From Mizuhopecten yessoensis (Eukaryota), in NCBI RefSeq assembly GCF_002113885.1, contig NW_018408845.1, positions 698,979 to 762,978 of the forward strand: a stretch of 64,000 nucleotides of DNA, written 5' to 3'. Position 1 is the first letter of the stretch. Each line of letters begins with the position of its first letter. The notes below the pieces were generated by a model. That model saw nothing but the letters and a program-made list of their open reading frames with translations. It made no database searches and was not told the origin of the DNA. Made by a program: the position numbers and the translations under genes. Shown here in pieces: positions 52,901 to 63,482 of the stretch.

Positions 52901-55900
52901 AAGAGCGTAAGTGAGCATAACCCCTGGAGTATTGAGGATGTTGTATGATTGAAATTTGTAAAAGTGAATTTATCCAAATCTTTTCAGAAACGAAGCTGGT
53001 AGAGTGATAACATCAAATGGAGATGGGACACGACAGGATGGTAAACGGCACAGCAGAACGGGACAAGACAAGACGCACATAGGTACCATGAAATGCTTCC
53101 TATAAAATAATGAGGCCAGAAAAAGTGCAACAAATATTGTATGTGAGGGAAAGGCCTGGACACTTGATCACCTAGAAGTAAGATTTTTTTTTGTATACAA
53201 GATAAAATTTGGAAACAAACCCAGTACCTGTAGAATTCACATTTTAAGTTTTTCTGTTCCCTGTGCCTATCTGAGGTAGGATAAGATTTAATGTGAGTGT
53301 TCACCTTTTGGCCCATTCCACATCCAGCTCCTTGAGGATCCTACCGAGCTGTTTAAAATGGAGATATTGTCCCTGCTCCACCTAAACATGGAACATATAC
53401 AATTTCTCAGGTTTTAGATACCTGTTCATAAAATAGCAGAATGACCATCACTGTGGCCTTCTTCAGTTTTACAAAGATTTGCAAAGCTCAGTGACCTTAC
53501 ATTCCCACAAATTCTGCTCTCAAACTAGCTTCCTTAAACAGGTTTCTTGTAACTTGCTAAAATCATGTGACACATTCAAAAAGTAAAGTCTAGACAATAA
53601 AAACAGTTTTCCACTTTAAGTCTCTTAAAAATTACTCCAAATTATTGAAAAAGAAAGTAAAATTTGAATGATTAAAAATGGAACAAGGAAGTAGGCTTCA
53701 GCACAGAATTTGAGTTTGAGCAAGAAGATGACTTAATGATTGAATACTGTTCAAGGTAGCCTAGCTATGACATATTTTTATAGGTGATGTCATATTTTTG
53801 TTTGGAGAGCTTTCCTTTATCAATATTTATTATTTAACGGCTGTTGTTGAGGCAAATATGTGGTTATATTGACCTGAGAAAGGAATATTGATTAATACAA
53901 AGTCAAGGTCAATATCACTTTTTCAGGTTCATATAACCACAAAATGTGGCATTTTCACTGAAATAAAAATCTAAAATTGTTATGTTAGATGCTAAATTAA
54001 AATTTAATCATTAAAGCAGATGGAATGTTGAAAACTAATGAGAAAAGTACAAAAGTACAATAGTACTGCATGTGTCAGAGGATTGAGACGTCACAATTGA
54101 AATGACGCCATAAGTGAATATTAACCTGCTGTTTCTAAAACATAGTAACACCGAGTCCATATCACAATTAACCGACCTCCACATGATTCTGATCCACCCA
54201 ATGAGGGTGTAGGAATAATATGTGTCCTCTAATATAATAATATGTGTCCTCTAATATAATAATAGGTGTCCTCTAATATAATAATAGGTGTCCTCTAATA
54301 TAATAATATGTGTCCTCTAATATAATATGTGTCCTCTAATATAATAATAGGTGTCCTCTAAAATAATAATATGTGTCCTCTCATATAATAATAGGTGTCC
54401 TCTAATATAATAATATGTGTCCTCTAATATAATAATAATGTGTCCTCCCATATAATAATATGTGTCCTCTATTATAATAATAGGTGTCCTCTAATATAAT
54501 AATATGTGTCCTCTAATATAATAATATGTGTCCTCTAATATAATAATATGTGCCCTCTAATATAATAATATGTGCCCTCTAATATAATAATAGGTGTCCT
54601 CTAATATAGCGCAAAATATCAGGGTATAAACTGGTCGGCCTTTTTTCTTTCGGATATGATTTTGCCGATTGCGATGCGGCGCCTTTCAAAAGTTTCTTGC
54701 CGTGTAAACCTCTAACACTGTTGGAGTGTATGTAATATTGTATCTCGATCATCGTAAAGCCATCAACATGAGACTGACATAGATAGATTTTGTTTGGACC
54801 TATCAACTGTTAGAAACCCTCTGATCTTCTCAACCTCTATTGTGACCTGGTCCAGTATTCATGAAACCATTCTCATGCCCAAGCAAGGATTCTGTGCTCA
54901 AACGAACTTTCTTGCAACTCACTAAATCGTGTGACACAGCCAAACGTCAAGTGTAAATATTGAAAACGGTATTCAGCTTTTAGTCTGTCTAAAATTCTTC
55001 CAAATCATTGAGGAAAAAATGGATTTTTATTATTTTATCGCTGGAACTTGACATTGGGCTTGAGCACAGAATCTCAGTTTGAGCATCCATCAAATTGATA
55101 TCGGTACTTACGACATAGTAACATCTATCAAATTGATATCGGTACTTACGACATAATAACATCTATCAAATTGATATTGGTACTTACGACATAATAACAT
55201 CTATCAAATTGATATCGGTACTTACGACATAATAACATCTATCAAATTGATATCGGTACTTACGACATAATAGCATCTATCAAATTGATATCGGTACTTA
55301 CGACATAGTAACATCTATCAAATTGATATCGGTACTTACGACATAATAACATCTATCGAATTGATATCGGAACTTACGACATAGTAACATCTATCAAATT
55401 GATACCGCTTGTGTCTGTCAAATGCTGCAGCAACATCTCTGAAATTCACAACACAAATTTTGTAAGTACATATAAAAGCTCACCATGCCAATATTAATGT
55501 TGGGTAATATTGGTCTTATCTCAAACAGGCTTTAGTTTAGTGACATCTTGATTATCTAGCTTCTGCAAAGTATTTTAAAATATCAATTGTCAAATTGTCA
55601 TAACATTAATTGTTGCCTTACATTTCAGATTTGCATTGGAAATTGATTTCTTTCATAGAACATTATCTGAGTTAAAGTGTTTATAAGATTTGGATGTCAT
55701 TATGATTTTATTACAATGTACAAGGTGAATCCTTTTGGAAAATTTGAGGACATTTCACGTATTGCTCAGGAACGAATTGATCTATAGAAATAAAGTTACC
55801 AAGTTACATTGACCTTTAAACATCAACTTCTGAAGAAAGTAAAATTCCTCCTTATATATGTCTTGGTGATCAAAGATTGTGAGCAACATTCCACCTATTA

Positions 55901-58900
55901 CTCTTGAGAAAAACTAAATTTTTAATCAAGAGAAATTGTAACCTTAAACTGAAAACTCACCCTCTAAAGTCTTCACAATTAGTCTTTATGTGGGAGTGAG
56001 TGACCTTATGACTTTGACATTTGACCTTCAACCTCTAAAAAGATTTGTATCACTTATTAAACAAGACATCGCAAAAGGTACAAATCCCCTTGTGTGTTGT
56101 TCAAGATTTTATATTTAACAGAAAAATCCATGAATTCAATAGAGCAATGACAAATATTTTCTATAAATAGAAATGGCAACCTTAACTTGACCTTGGCACC
56201 CTGAAACACAAACTAGTTCAAGGTATTCTCATGCATAACATATATATATAAAGTTTGATAAAAAAAAAATGCAGGAATAAAGTTGCTAGAGCAATGAAAA
56301 AGAAAATCTATAAATAGTAAGTGACCTTGACCTTGGACTGCTAAAACACAAACTTATTCAAAGTATTCCGATACATGACCATGATTTGAAATTTGAATAG
56401 AACACAATATCCACTTTCTGACTTCCTAATGTGCAAAACGAGTGCTATATCCCCTTCCTGACCTTTTTGAAAAGGGATGACAACTTTCTATGTTACAACA
56501 GGACAGATCCACAGACAAAAAAGACCAACACTTGATGCTCCTATCCACATTTGTGCCTGAGAAAAACAAACACAAGGTCACCACTTTAGAGGCTGTACAC
56601 TATATACCTGGTAAGATATAAGGAGGTTCCATTACTTCTAACGAGTACTGCTTCCTTAACCAGTCCTTCAGGTTTCAACTTCATGTAGCCGACCCCTGTA
56701 TCACTGAAACATCAATATTGTAAGTCAACGTACACAATGTGAGCACAACATATTAAAGACTAAATATAAAGTTCAAAAACAATATTCCAAAATGAAGCAT
56801 CCTAAACATAGGTTTGTTCCGATTTTCTGTAGATGTTGTTATGAATTAAGACAAGAGGCCCAATGGGCCTGCATCGCTCACCTGGTATTAATACCACATT
56901 TGTAACCTTAAAGTTGACTAAAATAAAGCTACAGACAAAGTATTGTGTCTTCACTAAAAGTCATTCGAAAGAAAACATTTTGACCCCTATGACCTTGAAA
57001 TTCAAACAAGGACATTAAATTGAACAAACTTAATAGCAAGAAGCTACCAGCCAAATATTATGATTCTATGCCTTTCAATTCTTCAGAACAAGTTGTTTGA
57101 AGTGTTTTACATATATGACCCCTGTGACATTGAAAGTAGGTCAAGGTTATTTTTATTCTCAAACATTGTCCGGCTCCATCCCAAGAAGCTACCAGCCAAT
57201 ATTTTAGATTCTAAACCTTTCAGTTCTTCAGAAGAAGTCGCTTGATGTAATTCTCATTTGCAGAATTTGTCAGGCTCCATGCCAAGAAGCTACCAGCCAA
57301 ATATTATGATTCCATACCTTTCGATTATTCAGAAGAAGTTGTTTGATGTTTTTGACATTGTTGACCCCTGTGACCTTGAAAGTAGGTTTACATTATTTTC
57401 ATTCACAAACTTTGACGGGATCAATCCCAGAAAGCTACCAGCCAAATATTAAGATTCTGTACCTTTTAGTTCTTCAGAAGAAGTCGTTTGAAGTGTTTGA
57501 AATGTTGGTGAAAGTAGGTCATGGTCATTTTTCATTATGCTGTCACACATTCCAATAAGTTCAAAATGTCACTACCTTCTCCCCCAAGATCTGCTGGAAA
57601 ATATCAGTACCATTACAGGTAGGTAAATCTAGGATAAACCAAAGGTCCATCTGAAAAACATGGTCTAGTACTCAGCACCAACATCCTTTGAAATAATTCT
57701 GCTAACTACACAAACAAAATTTCCTGTTACCCCACTGATGGTTAAGAACATATTTATATGTGTATATATTGTGAGTCTTACCTTCGATACTGGAGCAGTC
57801 CTCTCTGTTTTAGGTCATTTATTAACTGCTTTGTCTGAGTTAAATACATGGATTCCCCCTCAATATCTGTGAACTTTATGCCCAGTTTCTGTCGGGAAAC
57901 AAAGTCAACTTTCTGGATTGATTATGTAATCTAAACTTAATTCAGTTAGGTTGTATGCCAAAGCCATTAGCATTGTTTTCTATTAGACATGTTCTTACAA
58001 TAGGTTCCATAGACAACAACTTTGTTTATAGTGATTTCAAAATGAACTTACAAGATACTTTTTATTTTCATAAAAAATATTGCTAAAAATAGTATTTTTT
58101 CTATTGCTCATGGAAACATGTATTCTGTAAATTTGCGAAAATTGGACTTCACCACCTGTCAAATTAACAATAGCATCACTATTCTGTTATTACCTGGTAG
58201 GATTCTTCATAATATAGAACACTTAGGTCTCTACACTTCTTCCACAGTCTAAGTTCCTCAGGATCACCTGTAAGATAACACAATACAGGACTTATTCAAT
58301 GATTGGCCAAGTAACCACACTAAACAAGATACAGAATTTTCGAGGTCAATCATGTTCCTTAATGTCATGTGATTTAAGTTTCCTTTTTTTTTAACAGATT
58401 TAGCCTTAGTTGTCAAGAGAAATTGCAGTTTAAACCAGACCTTTTATAGTTATAAAACTACTTTTACCTTCTTCTAATCTTCGGAATACTTTCTGACTTT
58501 CCATGGTGATTATCTTGTTGTCCTCTGTCAGAAATTGTTCCGCATCCTTTTCTTCATTAGCTTTGATGTACAGCTGCACTTCACCATAAACATAACAAAT
58601 ATAATCATTTTCTGAATGGCCCATGCATGTTTCATACATACTGTATATCAGATTTTTTTGGCTGCATTTTCACTTTTGCCTTTTTCCCCCTCCATAATGA
58701 GGGTAATGTTAGCTCGACACATACTTGGCAGCTCTTCCTTTTTTGGAAGGAACCGATCTCGGACCCTAAAACTGAGCATTTCCAAACAGTGAATTTCCTA
58801 AACTATTCCTATTTTCCAAGATCTGCTGATTTCATCTAAAAAAAAAAAGCTCAAAAGATGACATTTAAAAGTGTTATTTTTCCCTAGGGTGTATGTACAC

Positions 58901-61900
58901 ATATTTTATATATGCTTTTAATTCTGAACACACACAAACTCCCCATGGAAATATTAAAAAGTTGGCAAGCATGCTGACAGCAAACAAAATTATATGTTTA
59001 TTACAATGTATTCAAACTTTAAAATAGTCCCATAGGATTTTTTGTCTTTAAATATTTTCCTCATAAATAGTCTTTAGATAGTGAATTTAAATATTTTCCT
59101 CATAAATAATCATTTTCTAATTCTTATATTATAACAAAATGACTCCTTTTGTACAATAAAACCAAATTTCCCCAACATTAATGCACCCGTTGTAACGCCA
59201 AACCCGTATACTGCCATCCGCTATCATATTACCAAAACAAATGGTTAAAATCACACTATTTTGACCTTGTTAAATACCGCTAATTTGAGTCGAGTACTAG
59301 TATATCCAGATGACAGGAATGTTACGTACGTGTGTACATTTTATTTTACACATGACTGCCGACTGACCAGGTAATCAGCTGTATATTTTGCACGCTCAAC
59401 CATATGATACATTTGCACATAGTTACAACAATTCCAACCTAACAATGTTTAACAGCTAAAACTAATTCACACTAAGTTAGAAAACAGAACAAAACACTTC
59501 TACACATCATGAACAGCAGTATTATTAAAAGATGATAGGATGTTTTCTTTAAAAATTATACAAGCATGAAAAATGAAACTGTACAGAAATATAAAGCATA
59601 TTAAAAACTGAATTCATTACAATGTTGTGGTTCCAAGCATTGTTTGCCCATCTTTTATACATGAGGACAATGACAACAGTAATCTGATAAGAGTTAATAA
59701 ATATAAAACTACACCAAACATTTTATGAATTTCTTTAGAAACATGAAATACTTTGTGCTTACCTCAAGCATGTATTTCACTGATTTACTTTCAAGGATAT
59801 CCTCCCTGCCATATTTCCTCAGCCAATATCCCAATAATCCTACAAGGAGGTGAAATAAAGGGAGACAATTCAAACCTTAAATGTATAGCCTGATCAGGAC
59901 CTGGTTGATATATATATATATTACAAGGTGTTCATAACACACTAGTCCTTGTCTTTATAGTCCATGCTATTCCAACAACGGCTGACTAGGCAGTGGAGAT
60001 GCTTAGGCCAAAAACAAACATGTAGTAGGCATTGATCTGTGATAGACCTTCTACCCAAAACTAAAAATCTTCATGAAGTTTGGCGACTACAAAAATCATT
60101 CATGTAGAAGTGTCTACATTTTAGGAAGTATTACAATCTTGAGGAGTTTGAGGTTATAAACTGTGAAGCTAAAAATAGGAAACAAAATTGTATATGGCTA
60201 GACAAACAGATAATTGNCCCCCCTCCCTGAAAAGTTCTTGAAAAGTTAATTAAAGGGATTTGATAAACAATGGATGCTTGTTATAAGATTGGCCCATGTA
60301 AGCTGAAAATGGGAAGGGAGTATATGCAGATCAGGGTCCAGTTGTTCAAAATCAGTGTCTAATGACATTTTTCAACCTCTAATAATTTGGTCAATATACA
60401 AGGTAAAAAACTGGTAATTTTGTATGTAATTTTCTACCTTGAAAGTTTTATCTCATTTAATGGCTGAGTTTTAAAAATACACAAAAATTAAAATTTACAC
60501 TTATCACTGATAGAGCTAATCACCTTTTGGACAACTGGGTCCAGGAGGATAAAAAGGTTATTTATCACATATTATACTGCGTTATCCAGTGAATATACCC
60601 ATGTCATATTTTTTGGCGTATTAACCCATGTAATATGACATATCAGCCCTGTGATTGGTTGTAAGTTTCAATTGTGACGTCATGCCTAAGACAAATACAT
60701 AAAGTCACAGACTTTCGCACTGGAGTCAAAATGGCGGCTTTTTACATTTCAAGGTTGCATGAAAATTGTTGTTCTACACCAATAAATGCAACAAATCTTG
60801 ATTATGTGATAATAAGGATCTTACACTCGTTTTCATTTCATAATTATGAAATTTATGAAACTCGTCACGAATCTCATATGAAATGGAAACTCATGTAAGA
60901 TCCTATATATGTGACATACAGTACTTACCATACTGGATTCCCCAGTCGCCAAGGTAGTTAATCCTGAAAACTGTGTGACCGCTGGCCTCATATAGGTTAG
61001 CTATTATATTCCCCAGTATTGTAGATCTAAAGTGCCCAGCATGGAAAGGTTTGGCTATGTTTGGAGAACTGAAAAATGGTTACCAATATAAACATTCTGT
61101 ACAATAGATTTGAATGTGCTTAGAGCATACTAAGCATGTCTTCAATACAAAAAATTTGTCGATGTATTTTAGATAATTGGAATCAAATTCTTACGTTATG
61201 ACTGTCAAATCAATGTACTGTCTCATGTAAAAACATAAATGGGGTAACTCTGTTCTTGTAAATAAGGCTACAGATGTTTGGATACCTCACTGCAACATGT
61301 ATTTATGAAACCTTATACCATGATATCATTGACAGACAATTCTGAACAAGATGTAGTAATAAGGGAGACAACCTAACACCCATCAACTGTATAAAATGTG
61401 TCAGAAGTATGTAATAAAGGTTGTAATAAGGAGTATCCACTAAGGAGTAGATACCTGTACTCTATAAGAATTCTCTGTTTTTCGGTGTCCTCTGATAACG
61501 TCACAGTGCCGTATCTATCCTTCTGTTCCCTCACCATTTTCAGCGCATTCTGTAAAACACAAAAGCTGAATTACAAGAAAATGAATTACAAGACAAAATA
61601 AGAGGCCAATGAGTATAAGTTGTCATATGATTTTGTACAATTTTGACACAAATTCAGATGACCAAAAGGTCTTTCATACTTTTGATAAACTATTCTAAGC
61701 CTTATTTATCTATGAAGATAGATTGGCTGTAGAATTTCTCAAACAGTTTTTGTCCAATTTCCCCCCTTTTTGGCCATCAGAGCATTGACAACTCAGATTT
61801 TCACATTAAGTCATCGCCCAAGGCTATTTAACTCTTCTTGTCTCATTTCAGTGGCATTGGTTCATTATTAAATCTTTGGAAGAAGTCAAGGTTGTTTTCA

Positions 61901-63482
61901 CTGATTCATCTATGATGTGTGAAAGTGAATCAACAAACTTATACATTGTTAGTTTTACCACACACCGTGTGAACAAATCATTCAACAAATCTCATTATGT
62001 TCCTCCTCAAGGCAAGAATGCTGTTGATTGATTGATTTATAAGAGGAGAGGAAAAATGCACGGCCAGACCAGGGTTCGAACCCGGGACCTTCCGAACTCT
62101 AGACGGACGCTCAACCAATTGAGCTATCTGGTTGGAGACGATCAACCCAGTCAAGTTCCGCTACAGATTGATTGCTTTTATGTCTGTTTGACTACCGAGT
62201 AGTTCGGTTATCCAGCAGACGAACATATGCTGTTCAGTCAATGGCGAAGAATAGTAACATGGAGACCACACCCACACCCACACCTCCCTTCCCCTCATCC
62301 CACCCAAACACTCGAGAAGCTCATTAAAAATAATCAAATGAAGGGATGGCATATGTATTATCAGGAATGTACATCTATGGAATTGTTTAATGACTCCAGA
62401 CACATCAAAAACAAAGTGAATCAATTTGTAAGAAAGGCATATCGTCTTTCGTTATTAACTTCACAAAGGGTCCAGTATGGCTGTCTTCTGCATTTACAAA
62501 GCTCCTAAAATGACATTCATTGAAATTCTTCAAGGTTTCCTTTAACTTTCCCATCAATAAAATTTAAGTGCCTGCTTTCCATTTCATTTCTATTTACTCT
62601 TCACTCATCACAGCGACGAAGAGGTACTCGCCTGATGAATGCGGTTCCTTGAAAGTTTGAAGGAAATGGTGCCACTATTGTTTCTATGGTGACTGATCCA
62701 AGGTGACACACTTTTTGATTCCGTTTCTGTACTCTAAAACATAGCAAATTATCATTTTTCAGGTTATTGTATACTTAAACTTACTTGATCCACTGTTCAG
62801 AATTTTTCGCATTTACAAAGGAAGAATGATATTTCAGTTTCATTGTAACTGATTTTTTCAGATGTATGATTGTTGTAAAATATTGCACCTGGAGGATATA
62901 TAAAATGAATTGATGTATGCCGATATGCACACATGTTTGATCAGATATTTCAAAGGAAACAAACACCAAAATACACATTTTACGCAGTTTCTTCTTAGTT
63001 TTAACATCATTGTACCTGTAAACAATACTTATGAACTTATTTATAATAAACAAATTACAAAAATCCTAAGAATCCCAAGTGGTTTGTCTTTCATTTTCAG
63101 AGATTGATTTTCGGAACTTTAACATAATTTTTTTTTCAAAAATATTTGGTGCGCAAAATATTTAGAGTAGAATGGGTATACAATGAGTAGACGCTTTTTG
63201 GGGATTTTCACACATCTGTAGGCTACACAATCATGTACGCTTTGATAATACAATGTACTTAGGTTCAGATAAGTTTGAATTTATATCAAATTAGCTAATT
63301 TAAAATATTAAAGGTCTGAAGCTCCTTTTTGTGTTTACTTCTACAAATATAGATATATTATTTATAGACACTGCTTTACCTGCTCATTGATATCGTCAAC
63401 AGTTATTGATAAAATCTTCTCAGCTGGTACTCCAAGTCTCTTAGATATATCTTCAGCCTCATATCTGATGCTGTGGTCATGT
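34892..63482 (-). CDS. RARS2: Mitochondrial arginyl-tRNA synthetase (RARS2-like), spliced, 5' end probably outside the window
   Basis: Hand-spliced exons with consistent phases: 63380-63482, (62785 or 62817)-62888, 62632-62733, 61455-61549, 60929-61068, 59763-59839, 58468-58573, 58194-58267, 57782-57888, 56608-56703, 55378-55438, 53305-53381, 52189-52322, 51659-51839, 48795-48896, 42676-42750, 36204-36267, 34892-34978. Class I ArgRS motifs: [19 protein letters not shown] (HIGH), [34 protein letters not shown]-terminal [10 protein letters not shown]. Co-linear with metazoan RARS2 as recalled. Confidence 0.95.
36204..36267 (-). CDS. RARS2: RARS2 penultimate exon
   Basis: poly-T GCAG/GTAACT; [21 protein letters not shown]. 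Confidence 0.92.
36415..36785 (+). repeat. Uninterrupted copy of the interspersed repeat split at 27.7/29.9 kb; includes palindromic MITE copy 2 (36654-36783)
   Basis: Aligns to 27665-27768 plus 29851-30140. Confidence 0.85.
37005..39611. repeat. 37-bp minisatellite, about 70 copies (RARS2 intron)
   Basis: Unit GAGCTTCACAGCCACAGAGTAAGGCAAGTCCTCCTGT. Confidence 0.98.
40165..41507. repeat. 20-bp minisatellite, about 67 copies
   Basis: Unit TAGTGTAAACTGTCACATTC. Confidence 0.98.
41541..41623. mobile_element. piggyBac-like MITE with TTAA target duplication
   Basis: TTAA|CTTATTCATCCCT...AGGGGTGAATGAG|TTAA. Confidence 0.7.
42145..42425. repeat. 32-bp minisatellite, about 8-9 copies
   Basis: Unit GACTGTCATCAGGAGTAACAGCTAAGTGGTAC. 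Confidence 0.95.
42676..42750 (-). CDS. RARS2: RARS2 exon
   Basis: TTTTACAG/GTATCA; [25 protein letters not shown]. Confidence 0.92.
43042..44380 (+). mobile_element. Complete Helentron-type non-autonomous element (HINE) with about 320-bp internal repeats
   Basis: 5' CAAGAGGCCCAAGGGGCC..GTCACCTGAG; about 3 internal units (CCCCCTCC at 43371, 43691, 44012); GACG microsatellite; 3' hairpin GTCACTTGAGCAAAGCTCAGATGAC; no TSD. Confidence 0.85.
44381..48760. repeat. 37-bp minisatellite, about 115 copies with higher-order blocks
   Basis: Unit AAACTATTGGGGTCTGAGACAGCAGAATTATACATAC. Confidence 0.98.
48795..48896 (-). CDS. RARS2: RARS2 exon
   Basis: ATTTCAG/GTAAGT; [35 protein letters not shown]. Confidence 0.9.
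48955..51060. repeat. 30-bp minisatellite, about 70 copies, two subtypes
   Basis: ATAGGTGACCACTCAGGTAGCCTCTCAATT grading into GAGAGATGACCACTCAAGTAGTCTCTCAAT. Confidence 0.98.
51659..51839 (-). CDS. RARS2: RARS2 exon (start of anticodon-binding DALR domain)
   Basis: TCGCAG/GTACAT; [18 protein letters not shown]...DYTFDWTKL...HYCHSRLC. Confidence 0.93.
52189..52322 (-). CDS. RARS2: RARS2 exon (KMSKS-equivalent MSTRRG)
   Basis: TTGTAG/GTTAGT; [44 protein letters not shown]. Confidence 0.92.
52803..52940. mobile_element. Small MITE with internal 29-bp repeats
   Basis: CATCCTCAATACGCCAGGGGTT / AACCCCTGGAGTATTGAGGATG; related remnant near 36000-36155. Confidence 0.7.
53305..53381 (-). CDS. RARS2: RARS2 exon
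   Basis: TTTAG/GTGAAC; [26 protein letters not shown]. Confidence 0.92.
54215..54607. repeat. 22-bp minisatellite, about 18 copies
   Basis: Unit AATAATATGTGTCCTCTAATAT. Confidence 0.97.
55084..55404 (-). repeat. 38-bp tandem array (about 8 copies) spanning an exon-intron junction
   Basis: Sense unit TATCAATTTGATAGATGTTAYTATGTC|GTAAGTACCGA; CTTAC on + strand at 55107, 55145, 55183, 55221, 55259, 55297, 55335, 55373. Confidence 0.97.
55378..55438 (-). CDS. RARS2: RARS2 exon (3' end is the first unit of the 38-bp array)
   Basis: TTTCAG/GTAAGT; [21 protein letters not shown]. Confidence 0.92.
56608..56703 (-). CDS. RARS2: RARS2 exon
   Basis: TTTCAG/GTATAT; [32 protein letters not shown]. Confidence 0.93.
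56851..57535 (+). mobile_element. 3'-truncated HINE of the same family as 24961-25915
   Basis: ACAAGAGGCCCAATGGGCCTGCATCGCTCACCTGG start and the same TGACCCCTGTGACCTTGAA internal repeats. Confidence 0.75.
57782..57888 (-). CDS. RARS2: RARS2 exon
   Basis: GACAG/GTAAGA; [35 protein letters not shown]. Confidence 0.93.
58194..58267 (-). CDS. RARS2: RARS2 exon
   Basis: CTTACAG/GTAATA; [25 protein letters not shown]. Confidence 0.92.
58468..58573 (-). CDS. RARS2: RARS2 exon
   Basis: GCAG/GTAAAA; [36 protein letters not shown]. Confidence 0.88.
59763..59839 (-). CDS. RARS2: RARS2 exon
   Basis: TTGTAG/GTAAGC; [26 protein letters not shown]. Confidence 0.9.
60335..60541. mobile_element. PIF/Harbinger-like MITE
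   Basis: TIRs GGTCCAGTTGTTCAAAA / TTTTGGACAACTGGGTC flanked by a CAG duplication. Confidence 0.7.
60814..60904. mobile_element. Palindromic MITE end
   Basis: AGGATCTTACA...CATTTCATA / TATGAAATG...TGTAAGATCCT. Confidence 0.65.
60929..61068 (-). CDS. RARS2: RARS2 exon with HIGH motif
   Basis: TTTTTCAG/GTAAGT; [47 protein letters not shown]. Confidence 0.97.
61455..61549 (-). CDS. RARS2: RARS2 exon
   Basis: TTTTACAG/GTATCT; [14 protein letters not shown]...KQRILIEYS. Confidence 0.9.
62038..62165 (-). mobile_element. 128-bp solo-LTR-like unit containing a tRNA-like Pol III cassette (62061-62133)
   Basis: Minus strand TGTAGCGGAA...CCTCTTATA, GATT on both flanks; A box TAGCTCAATTGG, B box GGTTCGAACC, cloverleaf-like fold, TTTTT terminator. 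Confidence 0.65.
62632..62733 (-). CDS. RARS2: RARS2 exon with GC donor
   Basis: TTTTAG acceptor; [34 protein letters not shown] resembles TVNFKINRELLTK; donor CAG|GCGAGT. Confidence 0.75.
62785..62888 (-). CDS. RARS2: Probable RARS2 exon, donor ambiguous (62785 or 62817)
   Basis: CCTCCAG acceptor; only the phase-0 frame is open ([24 protein letters not shown]...). Frame continuity with the next exon needs a weaker donor or acceptor. Confidence 0.45.
63380..63482 (-). CDS. RARS2: RARS2 exon (N-terminal region)
   Basis: TAG acceptor, CAG|GTAAAG donor. [34 protein letters not shown] resembles the RARS2 N-terminus (LSRVLNLPPENL). Confidence 0.7.

Noticed and set aside
58640-58836. Pseudo-exon with a strong poly-T AG acceptor in a RARS2 intron
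   Set aside because: Early in-frame stop; the flanking exons already join in frame.
62061-62133. Functional tRNA-Ser(AGA) or amber suppressor (a CTA is present in the loop)
   Set aside because: Correct register gives AGA rather than CTA; there is no long variable arm and the acceptor and anticodon stems are mismatched. Treated as an element-borne tRNA-like sequence.
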